Shown: positions 30,138 through 40,541 of the stretch, piece by piece | How positions within the stretch are numbered: position 1 is the stretch's first letter | How the letters are laid out: each line of letters opens with the position of its first letter | Assembly (NCBI GenBank): GCA_030765235.1 | Contig: JAVCCW010000010.1 | Coordinates: 30,907-94,906, forward strand | Origin: Candidatus Gorgyraea atricola | GTDB taxonomy: Bacteria > Omnitrophota > Gorgyraeia > Gorgyraeales > Gorgyraeaceae | DNA length: 64,000 bases | Direction: 5' to 3' | Position numbers and translations under genes: made by a program | Notes under the pieces: model-generated | Seen by the model: only the letters and a program-made list of their open reading frames with translations | What the model was told of the DNA's origin: nothing | Database searches by the model: none

Positions 30138-31180
30138 TCTTTCACCTTTTTGCTTATAACATCGACTATATCTTTATAATCAGGGTAAAATTCTTTTTCC
30201 AGCGCAGAAGAGGCAGGTGTATGCGATTCAGGCAAACCAATTCTTGCTGCAGGAGACTTTAGATATTTGAATGCCTTTTCAGAGACCCTTGAAACTATCT
30301 CTGCTGCCACCCCGCAATTACTCCAACCTGTATCTGCCACAACTAATCTGCCTGTCTTTTTAACGGATTCTAAGATCAGATCTTCGTCTAATGGTGTTAA
30401 TGTGCGCAGGTCTATCACCTCGACGCTCACCCCATGTTTTTGTAAAACCTCTTGTGCCTTCAGAGATTCAAACATCATATAAGAAATACCCACAAGAGTC
30501 ACATCTCTGCCGATTCTCCGAACAACACCTTTGCCGAACGGTACAGTATACATATCTTCAGGGACATACCCTACGTGTTCATATAACCATCTATGTTCTA
30601 TGAAAATAACAGGGGTATTTTCCTTTACGCTCGAAATCAAAAGGCCTTTAACATCATAAGGAGTGGCTGGCATTGCGACCCTCAAGCCAGGCACATGCAT
30701 AAAAAGCGCCTGCAGGCTTTGTGAATGCTGGCTGGCAGAACCCCAGCCCCTGCCTATTATCGACCTTATGGTCAAAGGGATTTTGACTGTCCCGCCAAAC
30801 ATATAGCTCCATTTTGCAGCATGATTAATTATTTGATCCATTGACATGGGTAAAAAATCCATTCGCATATGAATAAAAACTGGCCTCATGCCAGTAATTG
30901 CAGCGCCTATGGCAATGCCTGTGGTGGCATTTTCTGCAATAGGTATATCAATAATTCTGGATCGTCCAAACCTTTTATGTAGATCTTTGGTAGTGCCAAA
31001 TACCCCACCTGCATCATCTATGCCTTCGCCGATTAAAAAGACTCTGCTATCTTCCTCTAATATCTGAGTAAAGGCCTCTTTTATGGCCTCTCTATAAGTA
31101 AGGCCTCTTAAAGGCTTGCCACTCTCCTTGCGAGCATTTTCAAATTCTGTCCTGTCAGGATAAACCTTTGTCCACGGCAT
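30134..31180 (-). CDS. ThDP-dependent E1 beta-like subunit
   Basis: DIPIAE, QHSQ, FIEHR, IDLRTL.PLD. Confidence 0.88.
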   Translation of the reverse strand: MPWTKVYPDRTEFENARKESGKPLRGLTYREAIKEAFTQILEEDSRVFLIGEGIDDAGGVFGTTKDLHKRFGRSRIIDIPIAENATTGIAIGAAITGMRPVFIHMRMDFLPMSMDQIINHAAKWSYMFGGTVKIPLTIRSIIGRGWGSASQHSQSLQALFMHVPGLRVAMPATPYDVKGLLISSVKENTPVIFIEHRWLYEHVGYVPEDMYTVPFGKGVVRRIGRDVTLVGISYMMFESLKAQEVLQKHGVSVEVIDLRTLTPLDEDLILESVKKTGRLVVADTGWSNCGVAAEIVSRVSEKAFKYLKSPAARIGLPESHTPASSALEKEFYPDYKDIVDVISKKVKE

Positions 31181-31182
31181 AG

Positions 31183-32157
31183 TTAATACACGTCCTCTAA
31201 CAATCCTTCTTTTTTCGGAAACGATGAAGACTTGGCAAAGGATACTGCTTTTTCGATTTCTCTTCCCAAGCTTTCCTTTATATCCCCTATATCCCGTATT
31301 GATAAAATTCCTTCTTTCAAAATAGATTTTCTAAACCTCTCTATCGGGCATTTTTTAAGCCACCTATCCAGTTCCCCTCTTGGCCTGCACCCTGTTTCAA
31401 AATCACAATCCGGCCCCACATGGCCTTTCCATCTATAGGTCCTGCATTCAAGTAAGCTCGGGCCTTTGTTGTTTTTCGCCCTTTCCACAGCAACCCTGGC
31501 CGCTTCAAAAACCTCTCCTACATCATTTCCATCTATCTTTATGCCTGGGATTCCATAAGGTAGTCCTTTTTTATATATATTATCCAGGGCCTGCCTCGCA
31601 GATGCTGGCGAATTAGTCGCATAAAAATTATTTTCGCAGACAAAGACAACAGGCAGTTTTTTTAAGGCTGCGAAATTCAAGCTTTCGTTAAATGTGCCTT
31701 CATCTGTTGCGCCATCACCAAAAAATACCACGCTGATTCTTTTCTGCTCCTGCATTACTGAACCCATGGCCGCGCCAACTGCAATAGGTATGCCTCCGCC
31801 CACTATTGCAGAGCTGCCCATAAACCCATTCTTAGTGTCCGCTAAGTGCATAGAGCCGCCCTTACCTTTTGAACAACCTGTAACCCTTCCGTACAGCTCA
31901 GCCATAAACTCATTTAAATCCCCACCATTAGCAATATAATGACCATGACCTCTGTGGTTACTAAACACATAATCTGTTTTTTTGAGGTTTGCGCACACGC
32001 CAGCAGCTATTGCCTCCTGTCCTATGCATAGATGCACAGGACACTTTATCTCCTGATCAGGATAGAGCTCGATTATCTTTTCTTCAACCATCCTGATCTT
32101 CAGCATGGTTTCAAAAAGCCAGATAAATGTCTTTCTGTCAATCCCTTGCATTTTCAT
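31183..32157 (-). CDS. ThDP-dependent E1 alpha-like subunit
   Basis: HLCIGQEA, HRGHGH, GKGGSMH, GDGA, CENN. Confidence 0.9.
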   Translation of the reverse strand: MKMQGIDRKTFIWLFETMLKIRMVEEKIIELYPDQEIKCPVHLCIGQEAIAAGVCANLKKTDYVFSNHRGHGHYIANGGDLNEFMAELYGRVTGCSKGKGGSMHLADTKNGFMGSSAIVGGGIPIAVGAAMGSVMQEQKRISVVFFGDGATDEGTFNESLNFAALKKLPVVFVCENNFYATNSPASARQALDNIYKKGLPYGIPGIKIDGNDVGEVFEAARVAVERAKNNKGPSLLECRTYRWKGHVGPDCDFETGCRPRGELDRWLKKCPIERFRKSILKEGILSIRDIGDIKESLGREIEKAVSFAKSSSFPKKEGLLEDVY

Positions 32158-33218
32158 ATAAAATTGACATGTGCCAGGGGCCTTTTAAGCTCCCATAAGT
32201 ACCTATTTACGTCATCGAGCCTACAAATCTCGCGGCAATTTCGCGAATCGAGTCTCGTTGCAGCCATATTCAAAATCTTTCTACGCGCCTCACCTTTAAT
32301 GATGTCAGAAAATTCACCCTTATATATATTCCCATACACAAATCTCTTTTCACCTAAATACGCGCTGCAAGCAGAGACATTACCCTCTGCGTCTATATAT
32401 GCCCAGAAAGGTAGCCCCGGGCAATGTTTATAGACCCTGTTCTTTTTTAGTTTTTCCATTGTCTGGGATCTGAATATTATCTTGAATTCCTCTGTCGATA
32501 TCCTTTTAAGCCTATCCTCCAGATATAAAAATTTAGCATAGTCAAAATCCTTGTCTATATTACTACGGCTCATTGGATGTTTTGAAAATGGCTTTATTAT
32601 TAGATAATCCACGCCTGTCTTTTTAATGAGTTTGGCTAACTTAATGACCTCTCCCTTGTTTTCTGGAATCAATAGCATCTGGACGCCTATCGTGCAATCT
32701 AATCTAAATTTACGTTTGTATCTTACAGCCCTATCCAAATTAGAGAGGACTTTTTCAAAATCTCCCTTTAAGCATCTATGAATCTTTTTGTAGGTAACTG
32801 CGGTAGATGCATTAAAACTTACTCGTATCCACGAGAGACTCTTAAGGCACTTTTTTATTATTTCATCATTAAGAAATACCCCATTTGTAGTAACAGCTGC
32901 ATCAATCCCTGAGCTTTTTGTAAAATTTATTATACGGGCTATATCCCCATGAAGAAGGGGCTCGCCCTCACCTGCGTACATTATGCTTTTTACTCCACAT
33001 TTAGCCGCGCTTTTTACAGCCCCTAGTAAAATCTTTGTATCCAGGAATTTCGGTTTATATCCCATATAATCTAATCCGCAGAATATGCATCGATGATTGC
33101 AGGCGCCAGAAGGCGCGATCTCCATGTAAATAGGCGCTATCAACTCGCCCTTCTGCCATCGATTTACCCTATCAACATGATATATTAATTTATGATTATC
33201 TATTCTCAGTTCATCCAT
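32154..33218 (-). CDS. Radical SAM protein (paralog of 28264-29367)
   Basis: IDNHKL, CNHRCIFC, GEGEP, HVNFI. Confidence 0.88.
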   Translation of the reverse strand: MDELRIDNHKLIYHVDRVNRWQKGELIAPIYMEIAPSGACNHRCIFCGLDYMGYKPKFLDTKILLGAVKSAAKCGVKSIMYAGEGEPLLHGDIARIINFTKSSGIDAAVTTNGVFLNDEIIKKCLKSLSWIRVSFNASTAVTYKKIHRCLKGDFEKVLSNLDRAVRYKRKFRLDCTIGVQMLLIPENKGEVIKLAKLIKKTGVDYLIIKPFSKHPMSRSNIDKDFDYAKFLYLEDRLKRISTEEFKIIFRSQTMEKLKKNRVYKHCPGLPFWAYIDAEGNVSACSAYLGEKRFVYGNIYKGEFSDIIKGEARRKILNMAATRLDSRNCREICRLDDVNRYLWELKRPLAHVNFI

Positions 33219-33231
33219 AACAATCTCTTCT

Positions 33232-34161
33232 CTATTTTAATAATTTTGCAATGTTTTTATATATGGACTCTGGTTTTATATTGTGCATACAGCTTTTACT
33301 GTATTTACAAACAGTGTTAAAACACGGCATGCATTCTAAGCTCTTATCCGGTTTTATTACCATACCTCCATTGCAAAGAAACACCTCTTTCTCTGAGGTT
33401 GGGCCAAACATTGCAATGATGCCTTTCTTCAGCGCTATTGCAAGATGCAATCCCAGCGAATCGTTTGTAATAATAAGCCTGCAGCTATTAAGCCAGTCAA
33501 TGTAACCATTTATATCACTAAGCGACTGCTGGTATGAAATTGAATATCTTCCATCTATTAATTTCTCTAATCTTCTCCAGTTTTTTTTGGGCCATGTCTT
33601 GTTTGGCCATCGCATCCCAACCTTGGTATTAAACCCTATATCAAATCTCTGCTGAGTCTTTGGTTTATAGCCCAGTATATAGCCTTGTTCTGACCATCTT
33701 GCCCCTACCATTTCATAAAGCATCTGGGTCCAGTTTTTTTTCATCTTCCGCCGCAGCACAGGATCTTCGGAATTTGCCACTGCTTCATATGAATGCTCGT
33801 ACGCCTCTGCTGTTCCTTTTTTTACATCAAATCTGAAACCATATCTCTTCCACGCGTTTATAGAATCCGTAAGCGCGCATACACCCGGAATCTTTTCCAG
33901 ATTTATAATCATGTCGAACTCTTGGGACTTAAGCTGCAGGGAAGTGGTTAAGTCATACACCAGCAGCTTATTTATATAAGGATTGCCTGTCAAAAGGGGG
34001 CTCGCCTCTTTAGTGGTAAGCCATGTTACATCATCCTTCTTGAACAGATGCAATATTGCCGTGGTCCTAAAGACATCGCCAAGGCTGACATTTTCAGTAG
34101 AGACCTTTTTATCAATAGTCTCTGTAAACCCCATCTTAACGATAAGTATCTTTCTTTTCAT
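33232..34161 (-). CDS. GT9 (heptosyltransferase-like) glycosyltransferase
   Basis: SLGDVFRT, KTWP, TNDSLGLHLA, FGPT, CMPC. Confidence 0.85.
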   Translation of the reverse strand: MKRKILIVKMGFTETIDKKVSTENVSLGDVFRTTAILHLFKKDDVTWLTTKEASPLLTGNPYINKLLVYDLTTSLQLKSQEFDMIINLEKIPGVCALTDSINAWKRYGFRFDVKKGTAEAYEHSYEAVANSEDPVLRRKMKKNWTQMLYEMVGARWSEQGYILGYKPKTQQRFDIGFNTKVGMRWPNKTWPKKNWRRLEKLIDGRYSISYQQSLSDINGYIDWLNSCRLIITNDSLGLHLAIALKKGIIAMFGPTSEKEVFLCNGGMVIKPDKSLECMPCFNTVCKYSKSCMHNIKPESIYKNIAKLLK

Positions 34162-34170
34162 AGGAGTTAG

Positions 34171-34224
34171 ACCCATCCGACCGCGTAGGTCAGATTTAAA
34201 TCTGACCTACGCGGTCGGATGGGT
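34171..34224. repeat. 54-bp perfect palindrome, GTAG-type REP
   Basis: ACCCATCCGACCGCGTAGGTCAGATTT|AAATCTGACCTACGCGGTCGGATGGGT. Confidence 0.9.
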
Positions 34225-34228
34225 AGTC

Positions 34229-35968
34229 TTACAGTCTCTTTAGAAGCACGAGGCTGAATTCATTGCTGGTAAAGGGCCAGGGTCCGAATTGTTTCTCAAT
34301 CACATAATGGTCTGCTAGATAGCGCATGATGTCCTGCGCATAATCCATGCCGAACCGCGCAGCCCCATATTCTGATGTCAGGCGCCTCAAGATAACAACA
34401 TATTTTACATCTTTATCCTCGAGTTCCTTGGATAGATTTTTTTCGCAGTCTGGCGTCAATGAAATCAAAAGTGGCAAAAACGCATACTGGTGCAGCGGGC
34501 TATCCCTTTCAGAGAGAAAATTTATGGTCAGGCCCTCTGGAAATACTGCAAGCTTATCAGACGGGTCAGTGTTTTTACGCAAATACTCCACTAATTGTTT
34601 GCACCTATAATAACCAGGATGCACCAGCATTGCGCCCCTTGGAGAAGATATCTTCATTGTGCGATTTTTATACCTATAAAGCGAGACAGGTACATGGGCC
34701 ATGATAAAAGATATTGATAGAACTGTAAAAGCAAATCTATAAAAAGCACGCGTGTCTTTCCTCTGCGATATACGTGGAACTATCCTCAGGAAAAAGATGT
34801 AATAACATAGCATGCCAGGGGCAAGCAGATAAAAACCACTATGTTCTGCCCTGACATTGAAAAACATGCGCGCCAATAAAAGAAGTGAAAAAATAGAAAA
34901 AACCGCCAAAAACAGGTCTTGCCTGTCTTTCTTTGCGAAATATCTTCGACAACTGACAATAAACACTAATATGCAGACAATAGGTACGCATCGATATTGC
35001 GCATTATAATGAAAGAATTCTTTTTGAAACAAAACAGTAGTAGCTGCGACAACTAATGTCACTCCAATGCCAATGAGGACCTTCTTTGTTGTTGAGATTT
35101 TTTTTACCAGAGAAATCAACCGGCCTGAGGCAAAGAATACAGCGCTCATAGCTACATAATACAAGCTTGTTTTTAGTATGGCTGCGATGTTTCTCCAAAA
35201 ATCAATAGTGCCAAGGGTCTGTCCAGTAAAAGGCCCTTTTATATCTAAGTTTATTAAAAGGGCTTCTTTGCTTGCTACAGTACTGCCTGTAATAATGCCA
35301 AAGAAACCGTAGACGATAGCTGCGGCAAGGGCTGGAAAAAGGCAATAGGCCGCTACCCTTTTAAGCCTATCCTGTTTCTGGCTATCAAGGATTATGCCAA
35401 TAAATATTGAGACCATAAGCACGATGCCTATCTCTACTCGAGTAATCAGCAAAAGCGCTATGAATAAACTGGAGAAGTATGTGCGGCTGCGATAGTAGAA
35501 AAATAAGGCTAAAAACGCTAACGTGATAGCGTGGATCGAGGCATAGCTATAGGGGATGATGTAATTGAAGATGCCTGCCTCATAGTGCTGGCTGAACGCG
35601 AATACAAAAAGAAATGTAAGCACGCATAGCGTTGAAAAAAGCGCGTTTAAAAATATGCGGGATGTCTTGTATAGGAGCACGCACATGAGAGTAGCTGTAA
35701 GTGCACCGCTTATTATAAAAGCGCGCATATGAACGCCAAAGATCATGCACAGAAGACTATTAAAGTATGGTGAAAAAGGCCCGAATTCATAAAATATATC
35801 CCTGTACGGCAATTTGCCAGAAAGGATACTTAAAGGCAAATAAAGCTCCCTACCTGTATCTATCAACAAACTCCCCCACCTGAGCCAGGATACACTAAAT
35901 AAATAAAAACCAGCTCCCATTATAATAAGAGCTGGTATCCATCCTCTCTTCCACAACCGCTTAACCAT
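34229..35968 (-). CDS. GT-C (ArnT/PMT-like) membrane glycosyltransferase
   Basis: DTGRELY, PYRDIFYEFGP, many TMs; start MVKRL 7 nt after TTGCAC-17-TAGAAT. Confidence 0.75.
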   Translation of the reverse strand: MVKRLWKRGWIPALIIMGAGFYLFSVSWLRWGSLLIDTGRELYLPLSILSGKLPYRDIFYEFGPFSPYFNSLLCMIFGVHMRAFIISGALTATLMCVLLYKTSRIFLNALFSTLCVLTFLFVFAFSQHYEAGIFNYIIPYSYASIHAITLAFLALFFYYRSRTYFSSLFIALLLITRVEIGIVLMVSIFIGIILDSQKQDRLKRVAAYCLFPALAAAIVYGFFGIITGSTVASKEALLINLDIKGPFTGQTLGTIDFWRNIAAILKTSLYYVAMSAVFFASGRLISLVKKISTTKKVLIGIGVTLVVAATTVLFQKEFFHYNAQYRCVPIVCILVFIVSCRRYFAKKDRQDLFLAVFSIFSLLLLARMFFNVRAEHSGFYLLAPGMLCYYIFFLRIVPRISQRKDTRAFYRFAFTVLSISFIMAHVPVSLYRYKNRTMKISSPRGAMLVHPGYYRCKQLVEYLRKNTDPSDKLAVFPEGLTINFLSERDSPLHQYAFLPLLISLTPDCEKNLSKELEDKDVKYVVILRRLTSEYGAARFGMDYAQDIMRYLADHYVIEKQFGPWPFTSNEFSLVLLKRL

Positions 35969-36037
35969 ATCGCCTATTCTACTATATAACCAATATAGGT
36001 GCAAATATATTATTACATTATTTAAATAATCGCGTTG

Positions 36038-36319
36038 CTTTTTTAAGCTAAATGGAAGGCCTGTTCGCTCAGGTGAAAATTTCCCTCCTCGCTTCGCCCC
36101 GCCCTTTCTACGAAAGGCCGGGGCTTCGCTCGGAAACAGGTCGTCTTTTATTCCGCATTTTGGCGGGACTGAAAAAACTTCACCCACACCATAGGTGTGG
36201 GTGTCGAACAGTTTTCAGCCTTTTGGGCTCATATAATGTGCCAAAGAAACCGCCAAAATGCTACATAAAAGACTAAATTTTCAAATTCGCGCCCAGACCT
36301 TCCATTTAGCTTAAAAAAG
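36038..36319. repeat. Nested-hairpin repeat element, copy A
   Basis: 22-bp perfect terminal IR; core shared with 48836-49101 and 50027-50291. Confidence 0.9.
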
Positions 36320-36369
36320 AAAGTTAACTTTACATTTAAAGCAAGACCTTAAAGTGTAAACTTAAGTAT

Positions 36370-37752
36370 TTATATGTCATTGTTATGGAGTGCTGTAATC
36401 TTTTCAACTAGCCCTTGTTCTGGCTTTAGAATCTTAATCCCGTCCTCTGCCGCAGAACCTGTCTGGTCATTAGAAGCTATATTTTGTGAAACTGGAAAAC
36501 TAATTACAACATCTGCCCCTTCCTGATTATTACCCTTGATATCCATGAACACGCCATAGTCTCCAAGTTTATAAATAATTGTAGCTCCTATACCACTACC
36601 TCGTTGCTCTTTTTCAGAATATACACCATTATCACTGAATATAACTTCTACGGCTTTTTCATCCTTTTGTTGTGTGATTTCATTTGTCTTTATGATTATA
36701 ACTCCTTTTTTTATTGATTTTTGTAATAGTCGCTCGATTATAGCTTGTCTTGCATCGTTGATTAAATTTGCCCATACTTGATACATAAAAAGAGAATTTG
36801 TATAGACATGTGGTATATTTTCATCTAGTTCCAACTTTATCTGTGCATACGTATCATTCTTGTATAATTCTACTAATTTCATCAGACTTTCATTGATATC
36901 TACTAGAGTAGTCTCTTTACTTTCTCTTATATATTTTCCTATCTCCTGGAAGATTATAAAATTAATTAATGGGGTATTTATTCTTTCAACATTTTCTCTA
37001 AAAGAGGTAATTTTTTGATTATTCTTGTATTTGTCAAGAAAGGTTTCTGCTTGAGACATAGTATCTAATAGCTCACTATAAAAAGCTATAAAATTATCTA
37101 TTAGAGCTACGATAACTTTAGGATTTAACGATTTTAACTTTTCTAATTTCCTAAAAAGCATATTCCAGTGACTATATGGTTCCTCGTAAGAATCTAATGC
37201 CTTTGACAGCTGGCTAGCTCTTCGAATGTCAACATCCTCTTTCTTCTCAACCAATTCTACTTCTAAAAATTTTCTAATTTCATACGTGTAATTCGTTATC
37301 TGTCCTAAAGTATGCGCGAAATAATAATTCAGAGTTGCTCTTATGGTAGGAAAGGCATCGCTTTTAACTTCGGAATAATCTAAAGAATCCAGCTCAGCAG
37401 AAGCCAAGTTATACAGCATGCCCACTTCTTGCAGCAACTCTCCTGGGCCTGCATCCTCTCTAATAAAATCTGAACTAAGATTAAAATGCTTCAAGACTTT
37501 TGTTGTTAAATACTTTCTAAGTTCTTTATAGTCAATTTGAAGCCACTCTTCCTCCTGATAGGTTTTAAGCTTAGCTATTATCTCTTTTGCCTCTTTTTTT
37601 ATTTTATCTCGGGCAATCTTATTTGCGACTTTGACTTCGTTATCTTTATCGTTTCTTATAGGAACTCTCAGGCAATACGCCTCCTGACACGCCCCTACCC
37701 CTATTAGTATCAATATTAAAGCTATAATGCATTGTTTTCCAATCTTCATCAT
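36370..37752 (-). CDS. Secreted hypothetical protein (CLRVP motif) with degenerate C-terminal HATPase_c-like domain
   Basis: Signal peptide; QVWANLINDA, FSDNG, GSGIG, GADVVISFP; AT-rich. Confidence 0.65.
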   Translation of the reverse strand: MMKIGKQCIIALILILIGVGACQEAYCLRVPIRNDKDNEVKVANKIARDKIKKEAKEIIAKLKTYQEEEWLQIDYKELRKYLTTKVLKHFNLSSDFIREDAGPGELLQEVGMLYNLASAELDSLDYSEVKSDAFPTIRATLNYYFAHTLGQITNYTYEIRKFLEVELVEKKEDVDIRRASQLSKALDSYEEPYSHWNMLFRKLEKLKSLNPKVIVALIDNFIAFYSELLDTMSQAETFLDKYKNNQKITSFRENVERINTPLINFIIFQEIGKYIRESKETTLVDINESLMKLVELYKNDTYAQIKLELDENIPHVYTNSLFMYQVWANLINDARQAIIERLLQKSIKKGVIIIKTNEITQQKDEKAVEVIFSDNGVYSEKEQRGSGIGATIIYKLGDYGVFMDIKGNNQEGADVVISFPVSQNIASNDQTGSAAEDGIKILKPEQGLVEKITALHNNDI

Positions 37753-37915
37753 AATCCACCCAAAAAAATCTGCTTCACTGTGCTGCTTTTATGCACAGAT
37801 TTGCAGGAATTTTATATTAATTAGATTATTATAGCATATAAATAGCACCCATGCAAGGCTTTTATGGGATAGTGTATAATATTTGAAGAGTTGCGTTACG
37901 GTTTATTGGGTCTTA

Positions 37916-38094
37916 TGCACCGCCCAGACCACTGGCTCTCGGGGCATACGCCGTGCCGAGCGGGCACGGTGCTAAAGTAGACAAAACAGTCACTGACTGT
38001 TTTGTCTACTTTAGCGAGCGAGGCACGGGGCTGAGCAAAATTCTCACGCTGGGAGAATTTTGCGTCCCCGAGAGCCAGTGGTCTGGGTGGTGCA
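37916..38094. repeat. Nested palindromic element (29-bp terminal IR, internal 45-bp palindrome)
   Basis: TGCACCGCCCAGACCACTGGCTCTCGGGG / CCCCGAGAGCCAGTGGTCTGGGTGGTGCA; inner palindrome 37971-38015. Confidence 0.85.
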
Positions 38095-38136
38095 AAGCTG
38101 TCACGTAACATTGAAAATATTACATTTATGGGATAA

Positions 38137-38215
38137 GTGGGGCGCGGGGTGTTCTGTGAGTGGGAGGATCCACACCGGGCGGAGGGGCCCACAAATAGAA
38201 TACCCCGCGCCCCAC
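38137..38215 (+). other. GC-rich long hairpin, candidate small RNA or repeat
   Basis: GTGGGGCGCGGGGTGTTCT pairs with AGAATACCCCGCGCCCCAC (G-U on + strand). Confidence 0.55.
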
Positions 38216-38264
38216 GATACGGGATTAAGTTGCAAAATGGGTGAAAGTAGGATATACTCGATGC

Positions 38265-38951
38265 ATGAAACTTTCTATTTTGATCCCGGCGTATAATGAA
38301 GAGAGGTTTATTCAGAAGGTCTTGGGGGATATAAAATCAGTCCGGATTTCGGCTGAAAAAGAGGTTATCCTTATAGATGATGGGTCGACTGATAAGACCG
38401 TGGAAAAGGCACAGGCTGTAATGCCTGGTATAAGAGTAGTGCATCATGTAAAAAACCAGGGCAAAGGCGCAGCGCTCTCTACGGGCATTGCGCATGCAAC
38501 AGGAGATATCCTGTTGATCCAGGACGCGGATCTGGAGTATAGCCCACACTCCTACCCTGACCTCCTAAAGCCATTCTTTGAGCAGAATGCAGACGTAGTA
38601 TATGGCTCGCGATTTCTGAATAAAAAACGGCCGGAAAACATGAAACTGGCGTACTTTTTGGCAAATCGCTTTGGAACCATGCTCACCAATCTCCTGTATG
38701 GCACGCATGTCACAGATGCCATGACATGCTTCAAGGTCTTCAAGGCTCACACAATTAAAGGCGTAAAATTTACAAGCAAGGGTTTTGGCGCTGATTCAGC
38801 AGAACTTACTGCCAGGATAGCTAAAGGAAAATTTAATATAAAAGAAGTGCCCATCCCTTACAAGGCAAGGACATTTGAGGAAGGAAAAAAATTCCACCCT
38901 ATCTACTCACTGAACGTCTTGTGGGCTATAATCAGATACCGATTTATCTGA
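38265..38951 (+). CDS. GT2 DPM-synthase-like glycosyltransferase
   Basis: IPAYNE, DDGSTD, QGKG, QDADLEY, VYGSRF; TTGCAA-17-TATACT-6 nt-ATG. Confidence 0.9.
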   Translation: MKLSILIPAYNEERFIQKVLGDIKSVRISAEKEVILIDDGSTDKTVEKAQAVMPGIRVVHHVKNQGKGAALSTGIAHATGDILLIQDADLEYSPHSYPDLLKPFFEQNADVVYGSRFLNKKRPENMKLAYFLANRFGTMLTNLLYGTHVTDAMTCFKVFKAHTIKGVKFTSKGFGADSAELTARIAKGKFNIKEVPIPYKARTFEEGKKFHPIYSLNVLWAIIRYRFI

Positions 38952-40490
38952 AATCTTATCTAAAACCTGCTGCGCTATTTTATTCTGCGGCTCTCTCTCA
39001 AGCACAAAAACCGCCTCTTTCTTCGCAAGATCAAGCCTATTCTGATTAAAATAAATAAGGGCCAACGTCTCATGGGAATACAGAAAATCATTGTCTATCT
39101 CTATGCTCCTTTTAAGTTCCTTGATCGCGGCAGAATAATCCCCTTTGCCAAGGTATATATTTGAGAGATTATAGTGCGGCTGGGCATAGTAATCGCCGAG
39201 CTCTATTGCCTTTTTATATTCCCTGATCGCGCCCTCTATCCTCCCTTCATCCGCATATGCCATCGCAAGATTATTGTGAAGCCTCGCGGAATCAGGTTTG
39301 TGCCTTATTGTGCTCTCGTAAAAAGATATGGGATCATGCCATTCCCTGTTTCTCTCGTAAGTCCTCCATATGTAAAAACTGCTGATCAGCGTTATTAATA
39401 AAAGCGCCAACGACCTCAATGCCTTACCTTTACTCAAAAGTCTATCCATGCACCACGCGACTACCATAAAAAAACCTATTGATGGCAGGTAGAGCCAGTG
39501 TTCGTAGATCAGGGCATTTATAGGAATGATATTTGAATTAGGAAAAATAGAAATAAAAAACCAGGCTACTGAAAATAATAAGAATTTATATCTTTTTCTA
39601 TATGCAAAACTCCCTAGAAAAATAGCCGCAACCATAAAAAACCCCAGGAAAACCTTTGGCTCAAAAATAGAATACGATAAGGCTATATCCCTTTCCATGT
39701 GCAGGCCAAACGGCCATAAAAGTATCCCGAAATATACAGGCACCGCCTTTAAAAACGTGCACAGCCTTATATAAAATGGGACGTAGAAAAACGCCTTGGG
39801 CACGTTTTCTGGTATAGTATGGGAAAAATCCAAAACAGTAAGCCTTAAAATGCCGTATACAATAATTATGGCGATAAAAGGAAGTAAATACTTCAATTCG
39901 CGCTTGAGGTCTCTATCTCTAAAAATGATATAAAGTAATATCAGAACCGGTGTCAATAAAGCCGACTCCTTGGAGAAAATCGCGAATAAAAAAGCAAGAC
40001 ATGATAGAAGAATATTCTTTTCAAATAACAAAATACTCAGCAGGATAAACAAAACTGACATAGGGTCTGCCCTGCCGGATATATAGGTGACTGCCTCTGT
40101 TTGAACGGGGTGTATCGCAAAGAACAATGCGCTGAGAAAGGCCATACCCTGAGAAAAAAGGTTTTTGAGAAGCAGAAATAGAAGAATCGCCGCTATAGCG
40201 TGAAAAAAGATATTGCTCGCGTGATGACCCGGCAATCTATATCCCCATACCATGTAATCTATGCCATGACTTATTGCCTGGATAGGCCTATAAAAATTGC
40301 TGCCTTTTCTCGCGCCCTGGATACTATTCTGCGTAAACAGCGCTGGCCATCTATGCCAATCCTTTACTGTCTCGTTTCTTAATATCCAATCCTCATCATC
40401 CCAGATAAACTGATTGTGCAGGGAATTTGCGTAAGATAACACTGCGGCGAAAAGCAGGATCAAAATAAAGGTTATATTTAATCTATTCAT
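38907..40490 (-). CDS. TMTC-like GT-C protein O-mannosyltransferase with TPR repeats
   Basis: [36 protein letters not shown], TPRs. Confidence 0.85.
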   Translation of the reverse strand: MNRLNITFILILLFAAVLSYANSLHNQFIWDDEDWILRNETVKDWHRWPALFTQNSIQGARKGSNFYRPIQAISHGIDYMVWGYRLPGHHASNIFFHAIAAILLFLLLKNLFSQGMAFLSALFFAIHPVQTEAVTYISGRADPMSVLFILLSILLFEKNILLSCLAFLFAIFSKESALLTPVLILLYIIFRDRDLKRELKYLLPFIAIIIVYGILRLTVLDFSHTIPENVPKAFFYVPFYIRLCTFLKAVPVYFGILLWPFGLHMERDIALSYSIFEPKVFLGFFMVAAIFLGSFAYRKRYKFLLFSVAWFFISIFPNSNIIPINALIYEHWLYLPSIGFFMVVAWCMDRLLSKGKALRSLALLLITLISSFYIWRTYERNREWHDPISFYESTIRHKPDSARLHNNLAMAYADEGRIEGAIREYKKAIELGDYYAQPHYNLSNIYLGKGDYSAAIKELKRSIEIDNDFLYSHETLALIYFNQNRLDLAKKEAVFVLEREPQNKIAQQVLDKISDKSVSDYSPQDVQ

Positions 40491-40524
40491 AAAAAAATGC
40501 CCCCACCGCAAAACGATGGGGGCA
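40491..40524 (-). terminator. Terminator after cold-shock gene
   Basis: TGCCCCCA stem plus U7 directly before the next ATG. Confidence 0.75.
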
Positions 40525-40541
40525 AAGGTAGCTATCTAAAA

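Noticed and set aside
30134-32157. Housekeeping pyruvate dehydrogenase
   Set aside because: No E2/E3 adjacent; coupled to GT2 and radical SAM genes inside a glycan locus
35969-36187. N-terminal extension of the 652-aa ORF, and similar short ORF 48752-48943
   Set aside because: Both translate the hairpin repeat (shared GGKFSPERTGL); not protein-like
37896-38296. ORFs 37896-38192 (-) and 38060-38296 (+)
   Set aside because: Lie in palindromic DNA, with no RBS or recognisable motifs
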